Assembly: GCA_002269645.1 (NCBI GenBank)
Contig: NIVC01005182.1
Coordinates: 1 to 23,398, forward strand
Length of the DNA: 23,398 nt
Source of the DNA: Macrostomum lignano
Taxonomy: Eukaryota
Direction of reading: 5' to 3'
Shown piece by piece: positions 1 through 8,600 of the stretch (positions are counted from its first letter, which is position 1; every line of letters begins with the position of its first letter). The notes below the pieces were generated by a model. The model had not been told where the DNA came from, made no database searches, and was given only the letters and a program-made list of their open reading frames with translations. A program made the translations under genes and the position numbers.

Positions 1-691
1 TGGAATTGCAAGGTTTTAAACTTTGTATGTAGCCGCTAAGCCTGTAGAGTTATTAGACCATACCGTAATGCTCTACTTGAAGTAATATTCTAAGGAAGTC
101 AATTTCTTTCAAATGGAGTCATATCTATTTTAGGAATCACGCGCAAAACAGAATGATTTAGAAACCTACATTGTTTGATCAAGGAACCGGATTCCAACAG
201 CTGTATTTGCTTAACCCCATATATGGTAGCTCAAACATGCATGACAGCTTAATCAAACATTTTTGACCTAAGTATAATACCAATCCAAACCGGTTTTTCT
301 CCAAATTTTGCTATAATAAAGTGAAATTTGAGTCAAAAATTCAGACTCAGAGCGGTCTCTAAGAAGACTCTGAAGAAATAAGAAGACCAATCTCTGAGGG
401 ACCACACCTGTCAATTGGTACGTTTACCCGATTTAGTTATTTGTTACTAGCGCTAATAAGTTGGTTAATGAGTTATACGAGAGCAGTTCATTGTCGATAC
501 ATTTGAGAAAGGCCTCCTTGTTTCCTAGGATATTCCTAGAGGATTTATTGATTTAATTGAGTTATCCGTTACATTTCGGACGTAAGAAGAAGCCGCCCTT
601 CAGGAGGACCTATCACAGAAATTAGAGAATTCATTGTTCATTAGGGCGCACGTTCTATTGTTAATTCCGAGCTCGAGGACCGTCAAGAATT

Positions 692-923
692 CTGATTCGC
701 TCTCGTTCTGGTCGACCCACAGATAAAGTTAAGGACACCAAGGAACAACAGTTTTTCACCGGAACCGGTCGCCGTAACCGCTCAGCAAGCTTGCTATCCC
801 GACGCGCCACAGAACTCCACCGGCTGCCGACCCCAAGAGGATCCGCTGCAGTAAGTAGTTTGAACTGGTAAATACCTAGGCACTTGTTCCCCAGTGTCTA
901 GAAGTGGGAGTTTTTGAGTGACT
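692..923. repeat. Dispersed repeat copy A (related to 1648-1837); probable terminus of an unidentified mobile element
   Basis: Three collinear blocks are shared with copy B. 692-725 matches 1648-1682 at 31/35. 843-860 resembles 1760-1776 (CCGCTsCAGTAAG). 885-923 is identical to 1799-1837 over 39 bp (TGTTCCCCAGTGTCTAGAAGTGGGAGTTTTTGAGTGACT). Confidence 0.85.
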
Positions 924-1194
924 GATCACCACTCTTAAACTCTTCAAGCCTTTAACGGTAGCTTTACATAGTAGTTGAACATGTTTACATGAAGACAGAT
1001 TCTCGAGTTGCTATGTGCTGCGTCCTAGACATCTACCTAGGTGGAAATTCCTGTCGCTACCCTCATCAGACGACGAGCGAAAAATGGTTCTGCCGACCTG
1101 GCCGATCGAGAGCATTGCAAATTCCCACAGATTCCATCCCTAATTCCAATACATTAAAAACAACAAGACTTCTCCCGCCAGACACTTGATCAGT

Positions 1195-1641
1195 GACCAT
1201 AAATGGGGGGAGAAGTCAGAGAGCGCGTCCTCAAGCTCTCAAAAAGTCACACCCCCGGCTTGGTCCGAGGCGCCAGCATCAGTCAAAAGCTGGTCAGGAT
1301 ATCTCGCCGTTCACCCTTGGCCTCGCCTGCGCAGTCCCTGCAGCTTGAGCAGCAGCACTTCGTGTAGCGGGCTTCCGACCGGATGATATGGCCAGCTAGT
1401 CAAAGTCGTCGCCCCGCAGCAGGTCAGAAGGCCGCATCAGGCGCGCCCTTGCGTAGAGCGCGGCGTTGGTCTCGCTGTCTGGACCGCTGCGCACTCCGAA
1501 CTCCGCACGCAGCATGGCCGCATGCGCAGCGTCCAGCTGCATCTCTAAGGCGCCCGGCAGGGTCCAGGTCTAGGCGTTGTACAACAAGACAGTCTCAACG
1601 ACTGCCTGAAACAGCCGAGTCTTGAGCCTTTCATCCAGGGC
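1195..1641 (-). mobile_element. 5'-truncated, decayed RTE-clade non-LTR retrotransposon; region C-terminal to the RT core
   Basis: Manual minus-strand translation: ALDERLKTRLFQAVVETVLLYNA*TWTLPGALEMQLDAAHAAMLRAEFG...TNAALYARARLMRPSDLL / RRL*LAGHIIRSE / PLHEVLLLKLQGLRRRGQG*TARYPDQLLTDAG...RAL* (final stop at 1216-1218). This matches the RTE-type pattern K.RLF...V.SVLLYG.ETWTL...R.RRL..AGH..R...RRRGRP. It carries in-frame stops and frameshifts. Confidence 0.85.
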
Positions 1642-1647
1642 TCATTC

Positions 1648-1837
1648 CTGATTCGCGCTCGCTTTTGGTTGACCCACAGATACGAGCTTAAGTCAACGAC
1701 TCACAGAGGCAACATCCGACACCAAGCCGAACCAAGAAGTCAAGAAGCTACTAAAGGAGCCGCTCCAGTAAGAGTTATTTGATTTTGCATGTAGCCAGTG
1801 TTCCCCAGTGTCTAGAAGTGGGAGTTTTTGAGTGACT
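1648..1837. repeat. Dispersed repeat copy B (related to 692-923)
   Basis: Same three blocks as copy A with a shorter internal spacer (about 78 vs 118 nt). Its left edge abuts the point where RTE homology stops (about 1641). Confidence 0.85.
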
Positions 1838-1934
1838 CGGCGAGAATCAGTATATGGGCACTTGGGTATCATTGACTTAAGTTGGTTGCCTTTAGGAAAT
1901 TTAAAAGTAGCCCAAAGCATTTTTCACAGTGAGT

Positions 1935-2400
1935 CTATGGCGGGTGCAAAATTTGTAGTTTAAAACGAGGCCTACTGTAGGGAACATTTGCCACCGATTT
2001 TGCTACAGCTTTGGCCACAGCTTTTGCCACATCTTTCGCCATAGTTTTTGCCTCATGAGCGGGTCCAGAGGCTTGGTGCATAAGTTTCATGAACTCCTCA
2101 CAACAGTTCCTAGGCAGTTAATTCAACCGAATTATTCCCTGTCTTACTACAAACTTGTCGAAGCCTGGCTTCTCTATCTGAGTTTCACCGTTTAAAGCAG
2201 CGTTCACGAGCGAGGGCTTCATGTTGAAGCCTCATGAACTCCACACTTGAGGCTGTCGCTGCTGCCGTGCGAAAATACCTCCACATTTCTGGTTATTCTT
2301 CAAATCCCTAATCCCTGCATCTGGACCCTGTAGCCTTCACTTATGTCCCATGCTTTCCAGTCAATGCATAAAAGCTTCTGGTTCTCAGTCCCAGAAAAGC
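1935..2400 (-). pseudogene. Degenerate coding remnant, possibly gag-like; family not identified
   Basis: Minus-strand frame MKPSLVNAALNGETQIEKPGFDKFVVRQGIIRLN*LPRNCCEEFMKLMHQASGPAHEAKTMAKDVAKAVAKAVAKSVANVPYSRPRFKLQILHPP*. Other interrupted frames lie upstream (FSGTENQKLLCIDWKAWD; EMWRYFRTAAATASSVEFMRLQHEAL). There is no diagnostic motif. Confidence 0.3.
1987..2052 (-). repeat. 12-bp tandem repeat (about 5.5 copies) encoding AKxV tetrapeptides
   Basis: Minus-strand codons: gca aaa act atg / gcg aaa gat gtg / gca aaa gct gtg / gcc aaa gct gta / gca aaa tcg gtg / gca aat gtt. Confidence 0.75.
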
Positions 2401-2944
2401 TTCTTTTCCTTTATCAATGGCACTCAGTTCTGAGTAGCGGCACCCAGAATCTTCTATTGATGGAGCTGCGTGAGTGTTAGGTTTTTGTGCGGCTTTCCAG
2501 CTGTGTCAAGTCCCTGTTCACTCTTGGCAGCAGCTCACTGAAGCAGATTGCCTCACACAGTTAAGCACTTCAGCCGATTTATCATCATGTATCATGATAT
2601 ATATCATATATGATATCGTCATCATATACTTTATTCAGCCGCCGATGCAACGATGCGTGAGCAATGCAGTATTGAAAGATGAAAACTCGTCTAGATGTTG
2701 ACTATGCCAATTATTTATATCTACCTGTATTCTTTTCTATATACGGTATTCTATTATATTATATTCTAAATTGACACCCTCTGTTGCATTTACTTTTATT
2801 CTGTACACTTGAGGCTAATCCAGACAACACCCGCCAAACCCGTGATATGGGCGGCTCCCGCCTCCCCGCTGCGTCTTCGAACCGCCCTACAGCTAAGTCA
2901 TGGAATCACTTGCAGTTGCACTTGCAGAAAGCAGCTCACACCAG

Positions 2945-3874
2945 ATAGATAAGCATTCAGGATTAGTCAGTCTTCTTGTTGATCTCCCGATAGTCTATGG
3001 TCAGGCGGAGACTGTCATCCTTCTTTGTCACGTACACCGGTGGAGCCACGTACGGACTTTCGCTCAGCTCCATCACGTCGTTCTCCAGCAGTTCCTAAAT
3101 CAGCTGCTCCACCTTCTCCCGGTAATGCACAGGCATTCGGCGCGCGGTGGCACTCGGCAGGTACTTCATCCGAGAGAAAAATTCGGTGCTGTTGCAGATG
3201 AGCTAGCCCTGGCTTTTTCTAGAACAAGTCTTTGAACTCCACCAGCAGCCGTTGTACATTAGGGTCATCGGTAGTCGGCAACTCGAACTCCTTACAGCTG
3301 AACTCGGGTGTGAGTGTGTCTTCGATGTCAACTGGATCGTCGGTGTCAGCCTCGGTGCTGCAGACTTGGCCGGCTTCTTGTGAAGACCATGTGAAGTCCA
3401 GTTGCAAATTTTGCTTGCCGATGAAGTCGACTCCAGCAATGACAGGACAGACCAAACCTGACACAACGAAAAACAATTGCTGAGCTGCCACTCCACCACC
3501 GGCAATTCGATTTGCCGTTCTATGCTAATTGGCAGCTTGTTCACAGAATGAGGTTGCACTCTGACTGTGGTTGCCTGTCTGAGCTGGGATTTTGTCAGGA
3601 TGCTGGACTCAACTAGTGAGCACTGGCTTCCGGTGTCTAAAAACGTCTTCACACTACTGCCATTAAGCTTGCACTCACACTGCGATAGTCGGTCGGGCGC
3701 GACGCTGCATCCGTCGAGGATCCGGGGCGCCAGGACGCCAGCTCTAGGAGTGCCCGGATCCAAAGCGACGGAAACTAACAGCTTCGGCTCTGGAGCTGAA
3801 AGTGGCATTGCTTCCTTTGCTGCCTCCTCCGTAGGTCTTGGGGCTTCTATTGTGGCTGAAGCTGGTTCTCTCAT
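2945..3874 (-). mobile_element. Decayed Ty3/Gypsy LTR retrotransposon pol fragment: aspartic protease plus N-terminal reverse transcriptase
   Basis: Protease motif LNGSSVKTFLDTGSQCSLV, followed after a frameshift by FFVVSGLVCPVIAGVDFI (the PVILGxDFL-type motif). Then LLVEFKDLF*KKPGLAHLQQHRIFL / RRMPVHYREKVEQLI*ELLENDVMELSESPYVAPPVYVTKKDDSLRLTIDYREINKKT, matching the Gypsy RT motifs SPWASPVV.V.KKDG.LR.C.DYR.LN. It is truncated before YxDD, and I found no integrase or LTR pair. Confidence 0.9.
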
Positions 3875-3913
3875 GGCGCAGTTTGGATTTCAGTCTGTGA
3901 TTTCAGTTCCTTC

Positions 3914-4196
3914 CTAGAGAAGCTGATTGGCTCTACCGGCCGCAGCATCGGCTGCTTCGATGCACGGCAAGCCGGAGTACGCAGGCACCCACGCAAGCTT
4001 AACCTCGCACCTCAGGTCCTGAATTTGGACGATGCGGTTTCTGCCCCCCCCCCCCCCCAGTGCCCATGAGACCCTTAAGAGCGCTTGCGCTGTCTGAGAT
4101 GATGGCGGTAGCTCGACAGTCCCGGACGCTGTTCTGGAGACTCGCCTCGGCAGCGTACATTTGCAGTGTCACAAATGCAGTGTATATTTCTGACAT
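3914..4196 (-). mobile_element. Decayed RNase H domain of non-LTR retrotransposon type (I-group-like)
   Basis: Minus-strand YAAEASL...TAIISDSASALKGL, a frameshift across poly-C at 4044-4058, then RIVQIQDLRCEVKLAWVPAYSGLPCIEAADAAA. This reproduces the RNase HI-like motifs AE, SDS..AL and WVPAHxGxxGNExAD. Confidence 0.75.
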
Positions 4197-4225
4197 TTAA
4201 AAAGTAAGAGTCGCTGTACCCCCGC

Positions 4226-4267
<42 letters not shown>

Positions 4268-4448
4268 TGAGTGAGTGAGTGAGTGAGTGAGTGAGTGAGT
4301 GAGTGAGTGAGTGAGTGAGTGAGTGAGTGAGTGAGTGAGTGAGTGAGTGAGTGAGTGAGTGAGTGAGTGAGTGAGTGAGTGAGTGAGTGAGTGAGTAAGA
4401 GAGTGAGTGAGTGAGTGAGTGAGTGAGTGTGTGTGTGTGTGTGTGTGT
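4226..4448. repeat. Compound microsatellite (GT)17-(GAGT)33-AAGA-(GAGT)7-(GT)10
   Basis: Read directly from the sequence. It explains the THSL/TH and SECVCV ORFs in the track. Confidence 0.98.
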
Positions 4449-4464
4449 TTGCGCACGGGGCATA

Positions 4465-5168
4465 TGTTGGGCCATACGCATACAACGGGACCCGCGCTGT
4501 TGGGCCAAAAAAAATGTTGGGACTGTCCCATCAAGTCCGTCCAACACTTCCAAAAAAGTTACAATAGCAGCTCAAAAAAATACTCTATGGATTCAGCTCG
4601 ACAGCCTCTTTTTGATGGTGCAACTCATTTTTAATAATTTTACTTTCTGAGTCCATAATTAAGCAAAAACTGGCGTCCCAATAATGAAAAATGATACAAA
4701 ATTCGACCAAATCACTATTGGGACACTGAAATGGCTAATCTGCTCCCGTATATTTTTATTGGTTTTTTCTCATATTTTTACTAATAGTAGATTTCAAGCG
4801 CATTCATTTGCTGCAGTCTTTGTTTCAAGACGTAAATACATAGCATACATTAAAATACATACAAAGCAAAGCATAGCAAAACACTTTTAAGGGTATTTTA
4901 TTGTCAAAGGATGGTTCTGGATGGAGATAAACCTAAAGAAATGACAAGGGCTTACATGTACTTCTGACTGTGATGGGCATCAGTACTCTACACGAACTAA
5001 ATTGTTAGGACAGTGTTGCAGTGTTGAATACAACAGCCCACTCTTGTTAGGACTCATGCTATTGACTGCTGCGCGCATTCGATATTCTATAAATTGTTGG
5101 GACTGTGTGCTAGAGTGTCGTTTACAAAAGCCCACTCATATTAGGACTTACCCCGTACATGTTAGGAC
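4465..5168 (+). repeat. Cluster of dispersed (T)GTT(G/A)GG(A/C)C motifs, possible subterminal repeats
   Basis: Copies or close variants at 4465, 4498, 4515, 4675 (inverted), 4717, 5003, 5045, 5095, 5140 and 5160. AGCCCACTC..TTAGGACT recurs near 5035 and 5129. Confidence 0.6.
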
Positions 5169-5641
5169 TAAGCCCTACCCCCCTGTGTACATGGCTCCAA
5201 TTTACCAGAGTCCCCTTGCTAGTTAAGTGTACATTTATTTTGGTCTATTATTGACGCCACCCCGCAAACGTACGGTAAAACTAAATTGGCATGTACTCGC
5301 TATGCTGAAATCAATGGTCAACTCTGCCTCTGCCATGGCACCCGAGTCACCATGGTATGGAAAGAACAGCATGGAATGGCACAGCGAGAAACATGTAAGT
5401 GGTATTAAAAAACTTTGTCGGAAACAATAAGAATTTATATTTAAATGCTATAAAAAATACTGCTCCTGCTAAGCAGTACCTACCTTTACTTCAGGTATAT
5501 CACCTTTGATCAACTGCCATGTGGCGCAATTGCCAAAGTATCCGTCGAATTTAACCGGTAGGCTGTAAAAGCTTTGAGTAAAACTTGACATTTCGTCTGA
5601 ATCCATTGACATTCAATAGCCTACGTGTCCAACCACAAAAA

Positions 5642-8600
5642 TTATAAGTTTTGTACTTTTAACTCTCAGATTGGGTCTTAGCAGATTCTATAGCTATGCA
5701 TGCAAGGGCCCCTCAGAGGAGATGCTTAAACACTGCAGTGCATTTTTCCTAGCAATTATTGGGACACGAAGTGTTGGGCCACTGTGTGTGTGTGTCTAGT
5801 TTTTTCCGCATTTGTTAAGTCACCTAAAGAACTCAATTAATAAAGGGCTCCAGAACAAATTGATGGGCAAACGGATGACACACTGCACAGAGACTTGTTG
5901 GGACACATTAAAAACAGCTTATTTTAGAATGGGTACACTTTACTAAAGTAGAATGCTCCTACAGAAAGCTGCAAGCAAACTAGCATCTTCTGGAGCTGAC
6001 ATGCAGAGAAGAATGATTTTGTCGTCCTTGAAATCACTAAACAGATATGCGAAATCGATCTTTTGCTAACCCACCACAGGTTCCAGTGAAAAGAAGAAAC
6101 GAAACCCATTGACTAAATTGGCAGTCGACTCAATCGATGCCGCTGCAACGGACCTGTCAGCTTCGAACTCAGGAGAGCAGCTAATAGTCTACGAGAGTAA
6201 TGCTAGATGCCAGAATGCTTCACAGAATCAAAGTCTTAAGCAGAAGCTTCAATGAAAGGTTAGTTCATGCTGTGGCTGCATTCATTTTCGTGTCTAGAAG
6301 CGTTATAAGTTTTGTACTTTTAACTCTCAGATCGGGTCTTAGCAGATTCTATAGCTATGCATGCAAGGGCCCCTCAGAGGAGATGCTTAAACACTGCAGT
6401 GCATTTTTCCTAGCAATTATTGGGACACGAAGTGTTGGGCCACTGTGTGTGTGTGTCTAGTTTTTTCCGCATTTGTTAAGTCACCTAAAGAACTCAATTA
6501 ATAAAGGGCTCCAGAACAAATTGATGGGCAAACGGATGACACACTGCACAGAGACTTGTTGGGACACATTAAAAACAGCTTATTTTAGAATGGGTACACT
6601 TTACTAAAGTAGAATGCTCCTACAGAAAGCTGCAAGCAAACTAGCATCTTCTGGAGCTGACATGCAGAGAAGAATGATTTTGTCGTCCTTGAAATCACTA
6701 AACAGATATGCGAAATCGATCTTTTGCTAACCCACCACAGGTTCCAGTGAAAAGAAGAAACGAAACCCATTGACTAAATTGGCAGTCGACTCAATCGATG
6801 CCGCTGCAACGGACCTGTCAGCTTCGAACTCAGGAGAGCAGCTAATAGTCTACGAGAGTAATGCTAGATGCCAGAATGCTTCACAGATCAAAGTCTTAAG
6901 CAGAAGCTTCAATGAAAGGTTAGTTCATGCTGTGGCTGCATTCGTTTTCGTGTCTAGAAGCGTTATAACTTTTTGTACTTTTAACTCTCAGATCGGGTCT
7001 TAGCAGCTTCTATAGCTATGCATGCAAGGGCCCCTCAGAGGAGATGCTTAAACACTGCAGTGCATTTTTCCTAGCAATTATTGGGACACGAAGTGTTGGG
7101 CCACTGTGTGTGTGTGTCTAGTTTTTTCCGCATTTGTTAAGTCACCTAAAGAACTCAATTAATAAAGGGCTCCAGAACAAATTGATGGGCAAACGGATGA
7201 CACACTGCACAGAGACTTGTTGGGACATATTAAAAACAGCTTATTTTAGAATGGGTACACTTTACTAAAGTAGAATGCTCCTACAGAAAGCTGCAAGCAA
7301 ACTAGCATCTTCTGGAGCTGACATGCAGAGAAGAATGATTTTGTCGTCCTTGAAATCACTAAATAGATATGCGAAATCGATCTTTTGCTAATCCCACCAC
7401 AGGTTCCAGTGAAAAGAAGAAACGAAACCCATTGACTAAATTGGCAGTCGACTCAATCGATGCCGACTGCAACGGACCTGTCAGCTTCGAACTCAGGAGA
7501 GCAGCTAATAGTCTACGAGAGTAATGCTAGATGCCAGAATGCTTCACAGCATCAAAGTCTTAAGCAGAAGCTTCAATGAAAGGTTAGTTCATGCTGTGGC
7601 TGCATTCGTTTTCGTGTCTAGAAGCGTTATAACTTTTTGTACTTTTAACTCTCAGATCGGGTCTTAGCAGATTCTATAGCTATGCATGCAAGGGCCCCTC
7701 AGAGGAGATGCTTAAACACTGCAGTGCATTTTTCCTAGCAATTATTGGGACACGAAGTGTTGGGCCACTGTGTGTGTGTGTCTAGTTTTTTCCGCATTTG
7801 TTAAGTCACCTAAAGAACTCAATTAATAAAGGGCTCCAGAACAAATTGATGGGCAAACGGATGACACACTGCACAGAGACTTGTTGGGACATATTAAAAA
7901 CAGCTTATTTTAGAATGGGTACACTTTACTAAAGTAGAATGCTCCTACAGAAAGCTGCAAGCAAACTAGCATCTTCTGGAGCTGACATGCAGAGAAGAAT
8001 GATTTTGTCGTCCTTGAAATCACTAAATAGATATGCGAAATCGATCTTTTGCTAATCCCACCACAGGTTCCAGTGAAAAGAAGAAACGAAACCCATTGAC
8101 TAAATTGGCAGTCGACTCAATCGATGCCGACTGCAACGGACCTGTCAGCTTCGAACTCAGGAGAGCAGCTAATAGTCTACGAGAGTAATGCTAGATGCCA
8201 GAATGCTTCACAGCATCAAAGTCTTAAGCAGAAGCTTCAATGAAAGGTTAGTTCATGCTGTGGCTGCATTCGTTTTCGTGTCTAGAAGCGTTATAACTTT
8301 TTGTACTTTTAACTCTCAGATCGGGTCTTAGCAGATTCTATAGCTATGCATGCAAGGGCCCCTCAGAGGAGATGCTTAAACACTGCAGTGCATTTTTCCT
8401 AGCAATTATTGGGACACGAAGTGTTGGGCCACTGTGTGTGTGTCTAGTTTTTTCCGCATTTGTTAAGTCACCTAAAGAACTCAATTAATAAAGGGCTCCA
8501 GAACAAATTGATGGGCAAACGGATGACACACTGCACAGAGACTTGTTGGGACATATTAAAAACAGCTTATTTTAGAATGGGTACACTTTACTAAAGTAGA

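Noticed and set aside
1693-1920. LLDTG in this ORF suggesting a second aspartic protease
   Set aside because: It falls in the conserved 39-bp terminal block, and the flanking residues do not fit a protease fold pattern.
2590-2810. Possible solo LTR (minus-strand TGT...ACA with AATAAA) and overlapping AT palindromes at 2590-2616
   Set aside because: There is no second LTR copy and no convincing primer-binding site; the palindromes are expected in low-complexity AT sequence.
4075-4650. THSL/TH-repeat ORFs
   Set aside because: Microsatellite translation.
5780-5795. CACTGTG (reverse complement of the RSS heptamer) in every array unit
   Set aside because: There is no nonamer at 12 or 23 nt; it is simply the start of a TG run.
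6290-6301. GTGTCTAGAAG shared between the array junction and the 39-bp block at 885/1799
   Set aside because: Only 11 bp with no flanking similarity; compatible with chance.
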